63,997 nucleotides of DNA from Paraspadella gotoi (GCA_051294375.1 CM119266.1:26773932-26837928); one strand, 5' to 3'; counted from the stretch's first letter, positions 14,821 to 30,000 are shown. Made by a program: numbers and translations. The notes: generated by a model from the letters alone, not told the origin.

Positions 14821-16848
14821 ATTTTCATTTTATACTTTTAAAATCTGTCAACCCTTTTCCCTTTCACCACTTCTTTCTTCACATCTCTCTCTCTCTCTCT
14901 CTCTCTNNNNNNNNNNNNNNNNNNNNNNNNNNNNNNNNNNNNNNNNNNNNNNNNNNNNNNNNNNNNNNNNNNNNNNNNNNNNNNNNNNNNNNNNNNNNNN
15001 NNNNNNNNNNNNNNTCTCTCTCTCTCTCCCTCTCTGTGCTCCTCCCTGCCCTCGCTTCTCTACAGTAAATCCCCTTTTTTCGACGCGTCCCGATTTGTGG
15101 CGCGTGACGCCGTGGCGGAGACGAAGAGTGACGTGAAGGCCAGCGAAGAGTTTGGGGTGAAGAAAGTAAGGGTAGAAAATGGTGAGGAAGTGCGAACTCC
15201 AGCGTTGATAGTGTCAGTGTGTGAAAGCGATATCAGGTTTGTCAAAGAATTAATTAAATGTATTTTTATCAAGCCATGACCGGCGAAGCCGGTTCAGGCT
15301 GAAATATATTTTGTTCACCATAAAATTAAAATTTCTGATATAATCTTTGTAAAAAAGTACAACAATTGAAATAATGTAAAAGTTTTAAGTAAAAAATGTT
15401 AAAATATTTTTAAATCTGAAGTATGGAGCTGCACAATCCTTTAAAAAACATAAAAGCAACGTATTTTGTAACATTAGAACACTGTCGTCGGGTTATACAT
15501 CCAGTAGACCGGCATTTAGCTTTACCTAACCTTTTTCCATGTAGAAACATGATAATCAGTCTATAAGTTAGGTTTTCAAATTGTGAGTGTTAGAAATACA
15601 TTTCTTTTCTCCCAAAAAATTAAAAAATACGAACCTTCTAGTTGTCCATTTCAGCCTTTTAAAAGCTTCTGCGCTAGAGATTTCTTGTGGCCTCAAGTAT
15701 TACAAACCATTTGCTATACCATAACACATGAGGCTTTTTGTCAACCTTTTCATTTTACAACGAGTAGGAGTTAAAAGTTGTTATAGGACATTCCTGATGT
15801 TTACTGCTTATTTAAACCCAAGTCTTACAACAGTACAGCAATTTGTCTTTGAATATTTGTAATTGTATTCAGAAATTGATGTTTTGATACCTGGCATGTG
15901 CGTTATTGTAAAAACCGTACGGTGTCTACTTGTCGTTCATTCTTCCGCACATTATTTTAGGTAATCTTTTCAACAAACACAAATATGCAATGTTAAATTT
16001 TTAGTTGCCATTATTTTTATTTCCAAATTTTTTTTTCTTTCATTCGCGAGTTTCCAAGAATAAGCCGCTGTGCTGAGGCGGGAAGAGAGTGATGACAGCT
16101 GTTGATTGGTTTCTTATTATAACGCTCGTTCACCGTAGTGCGATTTGTAACTCGATTCGTAATCATTTATTATAACTAAATCACAAGCAAGCTTTTATTT
16201 TTTATCTTTTTTTATACGCCCCTGTCACAAAACGCTTTTGACAAATTGTTTCATATTCATCGGCAAAAAAGTCATCGCGATTAAACCACAAAGCCGCTTT
16301 TTCCGGAACGCCATTTGTCTTTTTGCCTTTTCGATTAAGCGCACGCGTTTTTCGAAATGTTTTCTTCTCCCCTACGCCCCCCTCCATCCAGGCCGCACTT
16401 TTCCTGCCCGACATTTTTCTTGCCCGTTCTCTTTGTACTCCCTATTTTATAAAGTAAAGAACAAAACAATTGACTGACACGACACGCAAAGACTTGACAT
16501 TAGACAAATAAATGACAATCATGTATCTGGACACTAAAATTAGACAACAGAACTAAATGAACAAAAAACTACAAAAACTGAATAACAATTAAAGAAGTGA
16601 CACTGCCAACAAATGTTTGATTCCGCGCTGACGGAGTCTAAGTGCCTTCCATGACTTTCCTCGAGACCCGCGGAACAGACTCGACCTCGCCATCGAGAAA
16701 AATTATATGTCTACTTTCTCTCATCTTTTTTTTTTTCAAAGGCCGCCGCTGCAATTTTTTGATGATTTTTCACTTTTAATTTAATCATTGCGTTGATTTT
16801 CATCGAAATGACGTAGTTTAAAAATGAACGAAGTCTATTTGGTTACAG

Positions 16849-16902
<54 letters not shown>

Positions 16903-18590
16903 CTCTCTCCAACTCATTACACGCCATTTGTTTGTTTATTTTTACGATGAATGAATGACTAATCTATCGCATCAATGAATGACTATCANNNNNNNNNNNN
17001 NNNNNNNNNNNNNAAGACATGTTTAGAAGCTCCAAGCTGAAATAGACCATGGTGGCGGACTAATGAGAGATTTAATTAATCGCAAATACGGAGACGCGCG
17101 GGAAGCCGCACCACAAGATGAGACAGGAAAGGAGGCGTGGGATGGCGGAGTGGCGGATGCGGACGGGCGGTCGCGGTGGTGATAGATCCGGGAAAGAAGT
17201 AAGACAAAGATCTGAAATCGGCGTCAGAAAAATTGCTGATTATAGTTTGTTTCGAGCATGAACGCGAAGCCGTCCAGGCTCTATAATGTTTTAGTTATTG
17301 CTTCTTTGCCGTTGACTAGTCGTCCGTCGTCGGTCGGTCGTCGGCGTCACGCTTTTTTGTAATAAAAACTACTAGGGCTTTTATAGTTTTGGCCTGGGAC
17401 TGGTACCAGTTTTTTTTTAAATAAACAATATTATTATGAGGATGTAATTATAGGAACGTTTTACAAAAGTGTGCGGATCCGGATGAGTAAGGTTAAAGAA
17501 GTTGGGAGTATGGGCTTCTCACTTGGAAAGTAGTTTGACTATTTTCTTATTTACAATTGCTGGATTTCATATTTTTTGTTTGAAGATGTTCCACTTTCAT
17601 GTATGATTTGCTGCAGATATGCAAATGAGATATAGTACGCGATTATAGATATCCACATTGTATCGATGAGGAAATGCTTTAGCTAATTTACATAGGTTCA
17701 GATTAATTGATTGAAAGAGTGAACTTCAACAAAAATTGTTTGTTTAAAATTTTTAATAAAAATGGGAAATCAAAGGATTTTTTTAATGAGAGAGGCTGAT
17801 ATCTTATTGTTGAGATGACAAGATAAAATAAAATGCTTTTACAGCGTGGGCGAATTGGAAGATGGGAGAAAGTGTGTCGCAATTGTAAACTGATGTTAAC
17901 ATTTTTTTGCTTTCTTTATTTATTATTTTGTAATTATATATATTGTTGGTTTTTTAGGGCGCTGCTTTCTGAGTCGTTTTGAAGAACAGTTCCGAGTTTC
18001 TGTCTCTTTGTGTAGCCGAGTCTCGTGGCGGTGATCGTGATCGTGGTTTTTGAAATGTCGTGAGTTATTCTTTGTTGCGGTTGTGCTAGAAAAACATATA
18101 TATTGATCAGGCGCGGCTTTTTCTGAATGTTAAAAAAGAGTTCAGGCTCGTCCTCTCTCTCTCTCCTCCGTCATCCGTTCTCTCTCTCTCTCCTCCTCAT
18201 CCTCTCTCGTCTCTCTTCTCTTTTTTACAAACAACAAAAAATTATTCACTTTGTTTTATTACACCCGTTTTTTGAAAATTCTTATGCATCTTCTTATCCT
18301 TCTAAAAACTTTTACTATCGCCATTTATTCCGCGCCTTCTTTCTCAACAAATCCAAAGTTACATCTGAGATTTTCGTGATTTTTTTTAAAAATGTGAAGA
18401 TAACTTAACTTGACCTGGATTCCGTGCCGTTGCGGGGCAACGAGGTAAAAATGTCGTAGGAAAGACCTAATATAGCGTTTGATGGCAACGGAAACGTTAC
18501 GGTGTATAAAAAAAATCAACGTTGCCGGAGATCCACGCCGATATAAAACAAGAGTGACCTAAGTATGCGTATCGTTGGCGGGGAAAACTT

Positions 18591-18624
<34 letters not shown>

Positions 18625-19059
18625 TCTCTTGCTTCTCTCTCTCTCTCTCCTCTCCTCTTCTCTCTCTCTCGTCTCTCTCTCTCATCTCTCTTCTCTTTCT
18701 TTTTTTTTTTTACAAAAAAAAATTTAAACTTGTAAACGAGTAAACGAGTTCCGGCTCTCTCTCTGTCTCTCTCTCTCTCTTCTTCTATCGTCTCTCTCTC
18801 TCTATCTTCCTCTCTATCTGTCTCTCTCTCTCTTTCTCTCTTTCTATCTCTTTTTTTTGTACAAAAATAATTTTTAGTCACCTTTTTTTTCAACCTCCGT
18901 CATTAACGAGTTCCGGCTCTCTCTTCTTCTTTCTTCTCTTTTTTTTTTACAAAAAAAAATATTTTAGTCACTTTTTTTTCACAGGCGGACGAGTAAACGA
19001 GTAAACGAGTTCGGCTCTGTTCAGCTTTTCTCTCTCTCTCTCTCTCCTCGTCTCTCTCA

Positions 19060-19100
<41 letters not shown>

Positions 19101-20719
19101 ATCATGTACGCGCTTCGTCGTTTATGTTTTTGAAAATTCTTATTATTTTTTTCTTCTTCTAAAAACTTTTATTAATGCTGCATCGCATTTATTTTTTTTC
19201 CTATATACAAATACCACCAAATTTACATCCAGATTTTCATGAGATTCATTTTAGAAAAAATTTGCAGGCAATGTAGTCATCTACTTGCGCTGTACAATCA
19301 TAGCCTGCGCTAACTATGTCCGGCAATTGCGCGGATTAATTTTAATTCATATTAACTTTCTTCTACAAAAAAAATTTTTTTGTTTTTGTTTATTACTGTA
19401 ACTTTGGACCGTCGGGCTGGCCACTATTGGCAAATTATATCTAAAATAGGAGTGTAGAAGAGAGATATTGTCAATTAAACATTAACTTTTTTTTTGTTAT
19501 TCTACAATTTTTAAAATTTAAAATTTTGTAAATTTTTTTAGTGTATATATTTAATCATTTTATTTCTTTTTAAAATTAATAATTATTTGAGTTGGGATAA
19601 ATTTATTATAATTAGTTAAATATGGAAATAATGAATTTGACTGGTCTGGTTTCTTCTTTTAAAAAAAAGAACAATCTAAAATTTCATTCAAGATTAAAAC
19701 TTTTTTTAAGATGAGGACCATAAATTTTTTTTAATAAGTAAAAAAAATATTAGAAAGGAAAAAGAGTTCGTCCCTTACTCAGATACGTCGAAAAAAACCG
19801 AAGTTCAGCGCTCTGGGCAGAGGCGGTCCAGCTTCTCTCTATCTTCTCTCTCTCTCGTGCTGGTCTCTGTCTCGTCGTGTATCAAGCGGGCTCACATAGG
19901 AGCCAAGCTCTCATCTCGTCTCGGTCTCGTCCGACTCGATCCCCTCATCATCCTCATCATTTTCATCTCATACGGTCTCCTCTCAAGGTCCCCGCTCCTG
20001 TCTCTCCTCTCTTTTTCATCTTTTATTTACCTTTCTGATTATTTCGGGCGCGTTTGTTTCTCAAACAAAATCCCAAACTTACATCCCGAGTTTTCGGTGA
20101 CGTTTATTTTCCAAAAGATTTTTTGCAATTATTGTCTTTGATAATTCCGAGAGTCGAAAAATGGGACAGTCCCTCTCCACATCTTTCTCTCTCTTCTTCT
20201 CGACGTCTCACCTCATTCGCTATCGTCGAGTCAGTCGCGCGTCCGCGAATCAGTCCGTTCGGCTCTCATCATATCGCCTCTCTGTCAGTTCACTTCCGCT
20301 CGTCTTCTCTTCTACTCTCTCTCTGTCTTGTTCTTTTCATTTCATCACAGACGCATGTTTTGTTTTGTTTCTATTTACGATGGAATGAGTTCATCGCGTA
20401 TGAATACTTATACATGCGCATGCAGAGTGATACATTGATTATCTCATGACTCAATAGATGCATTATCTAAGATCAACATCAAATGAATGACTATCATCGG
20501 CATCACAATCATTTGATTAATCATCAACATCGTATATTATTAGTTATCATCGATCAATTATTGGTCTTATCATCGCATCAATATTTTGGTTTTATCATGT
20601 CGCATCATATTTTGGTTACGCGATCGGAAAGGGGGCTCGATCCCCTATATTAAAGAGATTCTTTTAAAGATTTTGTTTTTTTTCATCATTGCTTTTTAAG
20701 GGCAGATTTTTTTTTTTAA

Positions 20720-22615
20720 ATTATTTCTGTCTGTGACGTATAGCAATTTTATTCGTCACGTTAAAGTTTGTACACGTTTTCGTAAAGAGGAAATGAAAGA
20801 TAGTTAAGATGACGACAGCACTCCAAGATGTCGCGCCATTTTTTGTGCGATTGTCGTTGTCGTCACTCTTCTTCTGTCCAACAAAATCAGTCTTCCCATT
20901 CGGCCATTGTCTCGCTAATGATCGACATGGAGGAAAACGAGACCAAACAAATAACAAAATGACGCGAAAAGAAAAAAAAAAATGGCAACGTCAGATTTAA
21001 AAAAAATAAAAAGTAAAGAATAAAACATTTCGTTTCATAAAATTGAAAAATTAACTGAAAATGAAAATCAGGAAACCGAAGCTGAGAGGATTTTTATAAA
21101 AATATTTTAAATTAAATTAATATGTTCTAAAACTAAGAGTTTAGAAAAGAGTTAAAAACTAGAAAAACTATTTTTCGTCCCCTTTTTTCTGACCTCAAAC
21201 CCTAAATTCTCCCCCCCCCCAATCGTAAAAACTCTGAAAAAAGAGAAAAAAGACAAACTGAAAGGGGTCCGCCAGTAAGCGATTCTCTCTCTTTTTTCCT
21301 TTTTTTCTCCTTTTCCTTTTTCTCTTTCTGTTTTGCATTAATATGAGAAGCGACTTAAAAATTCATCTCCTTCTCCGAACGTCGATTCCTCTTCGTTGCC
21401 TTTTTGTCTCTTTTTTCCCTTTTTTTCTGGGTTATCTATTCCTTGAGCCTTTTCGCTCGTCGTCGGTCGTGCGTCGTTCGTCGTCGGTCGTCGTCTCGTC
21501 GTACGTCGTTCCGCGTCGATTGTCGGCCTAGATCGCATCGGTGCGTTGGTCGGGGTTCGTCCTCTGTTGATTGTCTCATGTTTTTTTGTTCCATTGATAT
21601 CAGCGTCGGTGTGCACAGCGGCGGCTGTTAGATTTCCTCTTATTTGTTTCATGGCTTGATCCTTATGCTTTTAAGATTTTTTTAAAACAATTTTAAAACT
21701 TCCAAGCTGAAATAGACTGTGGCGGACATAATGAGAGATTTATTATCAAATAACCGGAGACGCGCTGGAAGCCGCAGCCGCCAACGATGGAGGACATGAA
21801 GAGGAGGGCGTGGGATGCCGAGTGGCGATGCGGACGGCGTTCGCGTGGTGATAGTCGGGGAAAGAAGTAAGACAAAATCTGAAATCGTCAGAAAATTCTG
21901 ATTATATTCGTTTTTTTAATTATTTGTTGGATATAGAATTTTATTCGTCGTTAAAGTTGTACACGTTTTCGTAAAGAGGAAATGAAAGATGATAAGATGA
22001 CGACAGCACTCCAAGATGCCGCCATTTTTTTGTCGTTGTCGTTGTCGTCACTCTTCTTCTGTCCTACAAAATCAGTCTTCCCATTCGCGCCATTGTCTCG
22101 CTAATGATCGACATGGAGGAAAACGAGACCAAAATACAAAATGACGCGAAAAGAAAAAAAAATGGCAACGACTCAGAATTTAAAATAAAAAGTAAGAAAT
22201 AAAACATTTCGTTTCATAAAATTGAAAAATTAAACTGAAATAAGAATCAGGAAACGAAGCTGAGAGATTTTTAATAAAATATTTTAAATTAAATTAATAT
22301 GTTCTAAAACTAAAGAGTTAGAAAAAGTTAAAAACTAGAAAACTATTTTTCGTTCCCCTTTTCTGACCCTCAAACCCTAAATTCTCCCCCCCCCCAATCG
22401 TAAAAACTTGAAAAAAAAAGAAAAAGCAAAACTGAAAGGGGTCCGCGTAAGCGATTTCCTCTCTCTTTTCCTTTTTTCCTCCTTTTCCTTTTTCTCTTTC
22501 TGTTTTTGCATTAAATATGAGAAGCGACTTAAAAATTCATCTCCTTCTCCGACGTCGATTTCCTCTTCGTTGCCTTTTTGTCTCTTTTTCCCCTTTTTTT
22601 CTGGGTTTATCCTTT
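20720..22615 (+). repeat. Local ~0.7-kb direct duplication (20720-21440 and 21915-22615); 17025-17245 is a noisier copy of 21695-21905
   Basis: ttaaagt(t)tgtacacgttttcgtaaagaggaaatgaaagat...atatgagaagcgacttaaaaattcatctccttctccg is present twice. tccaagctgaaatagac...gaaagaagtaagacaaa is present at 17031 and 21701. Confidence 0.9.
21755..21878 (-). CDS. Candidate internal exon of an unidentified, possibly membrane, protein; probably corrupted by indels
   Basis: tttcag acceptor and weak GT donor around a GC-rich island. C-ending codon runs in two frames give ILSYFFP/DYHHANAVRIA and SHALLFMSSIVGGCGFQRVS. It lies in a low-quality duplicated region. Confidence 0.3.
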
Positions 22616-22622
22616 GACTTTT

Positions 22623-22655
<33 letters not shown>

Positions 22656-22875
22656 TCGTCGTTCCGATTGTCGTCGTTGTCGTCGTCTCTTTGATTGTCG
22701 TCGTCATCATCATCAACGTCAGTCATTCTTTTTCACGTCCTTTTTTTTTTTACTTGATCACGTCGGCAGCGGCGGCGTCGTCGTTCCTTTGTTGTCATTT
22801 TGTTCTCTTGATTTGTTTCGTTTTGCTTCTTTTTATTTCCGGTTCAACTGACGCTCTATCTCCATTCAACTTTGT

Positions 22876-22935
<60 letters not shown>

Positions 22936-24225
22936 CTATTTCGGTTTAGTGAAGATCAATCGCTCGCGACTCAACTTTAGCTTTTTTCGCCTTCAGGAAG
23001 GAAAAAGCTTTACTTACCCGCCTTTACTTACCCGCCTGTCCTGACCCCCTTTCCGCCCTTACCCTTTCTTTTTTCTTTCTTCCCGCGATGTGTCTCGACT
23101 TTTTTAACCTTCGATTTTAAAAGTAAAATGTGTGACCCCCTCTAATTTTAGATTCTTCTCTCCCCCCAAAGCATTTTACAGTAAACTATGAATACATTTT
23201 CAGATCATCTTTCTACTTCTTCATTAATTCTTAATTAAACGGTGGATTTATTTTGATAATTCCTTCATTTCGGCTTTTATCTCCTTCTCTCTTCTTCCTC
23301 TCTCTCTCTTCCCCACCCCCCACGGCCCCACACCCACCTCTGCGAGTGGGGGAGTCTTCATTCCTCCCACTTTTTCTCTCCCAACGTCGCCACATATATT
23401 TTCTTTCTCCAAATGGATTCGTCCATTCGGTCATGAATAATCGAGATCGCCTCCGCCTTCGCCTCCTTATCGCCTCCGCCCTTCCCTTCGCCTCCGCCAT
23501 CGCCTCCGCCCTTTCCTTCGCCTCCGCCTTTGCCTCCTTATCGCCTCCGCCCTTCCCTTCGCCTCCGAATCCGCCTCAACCAGACTTGGACCCCAGAAAA
23601 TTGACCGCGAGACAAAATGGACCCAGAAAGTTATGGACTCCTATAGGAGGGGGTGAGCGGCGGGCGAGGGGCGGGCGGGCGGCGGGCGAGGGGCGGGCAG
23701 TCGAAGACAAGGAGGCTGTCAAAAGGAGGCAATCTCTGGTTGCGGAACGAAATGAAGAAGGAGTCTGGAACCGGGAGTTCTCAAGGGCGCCTCGTGTGGA
23801 GAATTTGTGGAAGAACTTGTGGGAAATATGACGGGTAAAGAAAGAAAGAAGATCACGAAATTAATTGGTCTAATTTTTAATTAATTAATGCTAATTTCTA
23901 AGCCTGAGTCTTGTCCTCATAATCATTCTTGCCTAAAATCTAGCCTATTCATTACTCTCTTCATTCTCATTCTAATCTTTATTCTGTACATAAATTTATT
24001 TTGTCCCTCAATTTTGGTAATAAAAAAAATCTCAACATCCCTAACTCTGATCCTTTAACTAATCTTTCGTATCTTAACCTCACTCTCAACCTAACTTTAA
24101 TCTTGAACCTTACCTCCTTCCTGACTCTTATCCAATATCCATGGCGCATTTTTGGGGATGTTATCTTATGGAATAAAGTTCAATTAACTCCGTTGTTCTC
24201 GTACAGTTTCCCGCGGTGGATTCAC

Positions 24226-24267
<42 letters not shown>

Positions 24268-24471
24268 AGACTCGAGACAATAGAGGCTTTATTTTTCTTT
24301 TGGCGAAATTTGGTCGAGATAACCATCCGTCATGAATTTGGAGAAATGGCGTTTCAAAGCCTCTGGGGTTGAGATCTTCTTTCGGCTGCACCCCACCCCT
24401 CCGGTCTTCCCCCGTACACCCCTGGGCCTCGAGACACCCTCTCTTTCTCTCAGATCCGTCATTCTTCCTTA

Positions 24472-24537
<66 letters not shown>

Positions 24538-25343
24538 TCTCTCTCTCTCCCCGCGCTGTACATTCTTTTGATTGATCGTCGATTCCATAAAAATCTTTGA
24601 AAATCTCTTCTCGTCCGTCATTTTTGTCTGGACCGAATATAAGTGACAATGACGATGGGAGATTGATTGATTGAATGATAGGATAATCGCTCATCATTCT
24701 AATTTCATAATTAGTTATTCTTCTAAAATTGCTGACGGCATAGTTTGCAACTTTGCAGTGACTTTTTCCTATAAAAATGATAAATTGTCTCACGAGAAAA
24801 CTCGTAAAGAAATCACAAAATGACAGCAGTTGTTCCTATTTCTTTGATATTTTTCATTTTCTTGTCACATTGTTTGTTTTTTGTTTTTGTTTTTTTTTTT
24901 CTTTGACAAGTGAGTCTTTCCGAAATGGCTAGGTCTTGGGTCTACCAGAAAAAATTCTTGAGTTATTGAGAGAAAGAAAACTTCTTATTTAATCTCATAA
25001 ATAAGATAGTGAGCCAATTATTATTTTCACGTTCATTTTCTATTATTTTTTGAATTATTGTTTTTTAATACTTGAGTAAAAAAAAAAAGTCTTTAACGTT
25101 GAGTCTTTTCGCTCAAAACTTCCAACGTCGAGCGATCCGCACTTCTCAAACCTCACCTTTTTCTCCCTAACTTACCTTATCTAACTTTTTTTCTTCTCCG
25201 CTCTCACCTCACTTATCCCTCGCTTATCCCTCACCTTCGCTCCTGCTGACGAATCATTCTCACTTCTTTTTTTCTTTTTTGATCCCTGATCCTTCGTCTT
25301 TCTGCCACAAATAGAAAATAATTTCGCTTCATCATTCCTTTCT

Positions 25344-25417
<74 letters not shown>

Positions 25418-28400
25418 TCTCCTCAGAGAGAATCAGAGAAGTATCATTGAGGGACTCACTGTCGAATGTTGAGTCGTCGTCGTCGTCATCCTCCACCACC
25501 CCCCCACCCTCATTCACCGACGCGATCACGTTTCTCGCTTTCGTCGTGAATCTCGATTGTGAAGAATCTCCCAAAGCGTCACCCTCTCACCGGAAAACCC
25601 GTCTTTCACTTTGAAACTCTTTCAAAAGATCACGAGAGGGAAAAGCGAAGAGGGAGAAAGGAGGAATTTTTGTCCGCGAATATTTTTTCTCTTAAATTTC
25701 TCTTCTTTTTTTTCAGTTTGATTCCGCGAAAAAAATAAGTAAAGATTTTCCAAGTTAATCTTTACACATTTTCCCTGAACGAAGTTTAACAATTTATAAT
25801 TATTCGACTGATTTAGCCTCGTTTGTTTATAATTTTATAGTTAAATAAAATAATATATATATATATAAATAAATATTGAAGAGAATATATTTTACTGTTA
25901 AAATCCATGTTGTGTATCTTTTAATTCCTTTTTAATTTGGTCGAGGTTCGGGCGGCGGGCGGGGCCTGGGGTCTTGCTCTTTCTTTCCTTCCTCATTCCC
26001 TATCCTTCCGTCTCTCCTCTGCCTCTCTCTTATCTCCTCTCCCTTCTTCCTTCTTCTTCTCTCACGTCTCTTATCACTCCGCTCCTTGTGCTCTTGTCTC
26101 TCTTCTCATCTTCTCTGCTTCTTCGCCTCTCTCGATCCTCCCATCGCCTCCTCTCCTCTCTCCTTACCCTCGTCTCTTGTCGTCTCTCTGCTCTCTCGTC
26201 CTCTCGTCGGTTCCTCTCTCTCATCTTCTCGCCTTCGAGGGCGATCCATTTTGGACTCTCAAACCGGTCACCGCCTGTCCCGCCTTTGTTTGTTTAATTA
26301 TTCCTTCAGCCTCCTTTCGCTTTTCTTTTTTGATTGAAAACTCTTTCGTATGACACAGTCTGGTGTCTTCTGCTCGGTTGTTTAAGCGAGAATGTTGTTT
26401 GAAATTCTCAATGGAATATTCAATTAATTTGGCAAAAATGAAAATGAGAAAAAATTCAACCGTCTGCGACAAAAAGTTTTCTTGGTTTCTTAAACATGCA
26501 ATTTAAATTCTATCGCCTAAAAAGAAGAAATAGGGCGCATCAGTGGGCCATCTGGTGTTTTGAATCAAAATTAGCCTCGTCAATAGAGTAGTTCTTTTTC
26601 TTGGCAAAAATCGAAGGAAACTTTTATAATATGAAAGCTACAAAATAACTTGTAATAACTTGAAAACATTTTTAACTTAGTGCTTTTCTTTAATAACCTT
26701 CTTTCTTTTCTTTTCTTTTTTCTTTTTTTGCTCTCGAAATCACCATTCCAAACTTCTAATCGCAGGTAAGTATGAGTAAAAAAGATCACAGTGACGACGA
26801 CAGCGATAACTACATAAAGAATAAAACGAACCCGACGAACTTACCCGTAGCGACGTCATTGACCAACCCGCTCGCGTTCCTCACCCCAAAATACTGAACC
26901 GAATCTTAATGAAGCTTATCGCTTTGTTGAACCTTGAAATCTTTTCTCTTCCTCTTCTTTACCTTTATATTTATTCTTTCGCCGTTCAAAAAANNNNNNN
27001 NNNNNNNNNNNNNNNNNNNNNNNNNNNNNNNNNNNNNNNNAAAAAAAAAAAAGAAAAAAAGAGAGATACTTATCCGAATTCTTTATCTCTTGTGTCGCCA
27101 TTTTGTGCGCGAGGCATTCCGGAATAAAAAAATCTCAAGTTTTTCCCGCAACCATCATGTTATGCGTGAGGGGCCGCTACACGTTACGTCGCCCGCCGCC
27201 TCTTTAATGCCAAAACTTGGTATGGCTAGAGATCCGAAGAATTTCTCATGCTCCCTCCCCTCAATCTTCATCGTCTAGTCCAAATCATTCGCGATCATTC
27301 CCTCTCCATAATGCTCAGAATGACTGATCGAACCTTCAGCCTTCTTATCGTCCGGAGGCTTTGCTCAGTTTCGACGCCGACGCACGCGCTGATATTTTAC
27401 GTGCGCAACGAATGTCGCGTGCGCGTTGGGATTTTGTGCGTGTAGATTATTTCGCGCGAAAAAAATCTCAAACAATCTCGATTAAGAGAAACTTCAGCTA
27501 GTTGGGATTAAAATAAAAATAAATCAATGAATAACTCAATATAAATCAATATAATATCCACGCCTTTTCGCTCGCAAAAGAAAAAAAAATAAAAGAAAAA
27601 CGAAAGTTTTGCTGCGTGTAAACTCACGCGCATGCACATAGCGCGCATCGTTCTCCTTCCCGAGACGGTCGTTGTCTCGATTCCTGTAAACAAGAAAAGC
27701 GTTTAGTCTTTCCCTCGAGTTGTGGAAATTGTCGTCGTCGTCGTCTTCGTCGTTGTTAAAATTTAACTGGTCATCGTCTTTGTCATCTAAACGTCTTTTT
27801 AATGTCATCATCATCGTCTAAATCCAAGTAATCTTCCTATTGTCGGCATTGTCATTATTTTCATTCGCTTTTGCATATATATCTTTGTCATCATCTTTGT
27901 AATCGTCTGCATCGTTGTATTTTGGTCTTCATCGTTGTCGTTATATAATCGTCGTCGCTATCAACGTCGTCGCTATCATCATCGCCGTTATTGACATCGT
28001 TATTTTTTTTTCGCGTTTTTCCTCCCACCGAAGTTTTTTTTTCTTTGAGTCTCGTCTTCGTTATCTCCAATTAAATCGCGATTAGCGCCGACTTTCTTTT
28101 TTTAACGACTCGCTCCCGTTAATGTGAATGGATTTTAGGCCTGGATGGGATTCGAGGATATTCAAGAGAAAAAGTACGGTTGAGAGAAAAACACGACACG
28201 AAATATTTCTTTCATTTCCACATAAATCACTCCGATATGTATTTATTGCGATGAATCATGCATACGTTATCGTTATGAGAGCCATAAAATAATAAAACTG
28301 AAAGAAAAGCAACGAAATCCTCCGCCAACGTCGAGGACAGCGACCTCCGACGGACCAAAAATCACTTTGGCCACTCCCCTCCCCGGCGCCCTCGGGAACC

Positions 28401-28753
28401 CACCTACAATCCCCTTTAGGAGCACCTCCCACCCCACCTTATGGTCCACCAAGGCAAGGGCCTCTGTTCGCACAACAGAAGATGATTCGCTGCCAAAAAG
28501 GAAAAACTCTTTTTGCAGAAGCAAAAAAAAAAAAAGGATCCGACGCGAAAAAAGAGAAATGACTTTGGGACGAAATTGCGTCAGCGTTATAAACAAAATA
28601 AGGCAATGGGCGGTCTTTCGGATAACGGGTCTCCTCGCTGACGTTAGCTTTATGATATTCTTGCCCTATTTCTTGCCTTTTTGCAATATTTACTGGATTC
28701 TTTTGAATTCTTTATTAAAGCTCGAGCCAAAGAAAAAAAATATTTTGGTATTA

Positions 28754-29524
28754 NNNNNNNNNNNNNNNNNNNNNNNNNNNNNNNNNNNNNNNNNNNNNNN
28801 NNNNNNNNNNNNNNNNNNNNNNNNNNNNNNNNNNNNNNNNNNNNNNNNNNNNNNNNNNNNNNNNNNNNNNNNNNNNNNNNNNNNNNNNNNNNNNNNNNNN
28901 NNNNNNNNNNNNNNNNNNNNNNNNNNNNNNNNNNNNNNNNNNNNNNNNNNNNNNNNNNNNNNNNNNNNNNNNNNNNNNNNNNNNNNNNNNNNNNNNNNNN
29001 NNNNNNNNNNNNNNNNNNNNNNNNNNNNNNNNNNNNNNNNNNNNNNNNNNNNNNNNNNNNNNNNNNNNNNNNNNNNNNNNNNNNNNNNNNNNNNNNNNNN
29101 NNNNNNNNNNNNNNNNNNNNNNNNNNNNNNNNNNNNNNNNNNNNNNNNNNNNNNNNNNNNNNNNNNNNNNNNNNNNNNNNNNNNNNNNNNNNNNNNNNNN
29201 NNNNNNNNNNNNNNNNNNNNNNNNNNNNNNNNNNNNNNNNNNNNNNNNNNNNNNNNNNNNNNNNNNNNNNNNNNNNNNNNNNNNNNNNNNNNNNNNNNNN
29301 NNNNNNNNNNNNNNNNNNNNNNNNNNNNNNNNNNNNNNNNNNNNNNNNNNNNNNNNNNNNNNNNNNNNNNNNNNNNNNNNNNNNNNNNNNNNNNNNNNNN
29401 NNNNNNNNNNNNNNNNNNNNNNNNNNNNNNNNNNNNNNNNNNNNNNNNNNNNNNNNNNNNNNNNNNNNNNNNNNNNNNNNNNNNNNNNNNNNNNNNNNNN
29501 NNNNNNNNNNNNNNNNNNNNNNNN
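28754..29524. other. Assembly gap (largest). Other gaps: 11465-11630, 11736-11859, 12460-12484, 14907-15014, 16989-17013, 26994-27040
   Basis: Runs of N. Confidence 1.
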
Positions 29525-29803
29525 ATTCCGAGATCCCGAAGATAAATTTCTACATTGGACAATGAACAACGAACGTACAATCTTTAAAAAATTAAATATT
29601 ATCTGTCATGTGTAAATTCTAACTATGTAGTGAACGTTCCTTATTAGTTTAATAATTCTCCTTATCTTTTCGAACTCGTTCAGCCATATAAAGAGAGTTT
29701 AAACTTTAAGCGCGGTTTATGCTCTCATTTCTTAGCGCCTTCCTAATTTTCTAATTTCCTAATTTCAGCCTACGGGTTTTTCGCTCATCCCAAAGCAGGG
29801 GGA

Positions 29804-29876
<73 letters not shown>

Positions 29877-29916
29877 ATCTCTCTCTCTCTCCCTCTCTAT
29901 CATCTCTTCTTCTTCA

Positions 29917-30000
<84 letters not shown>

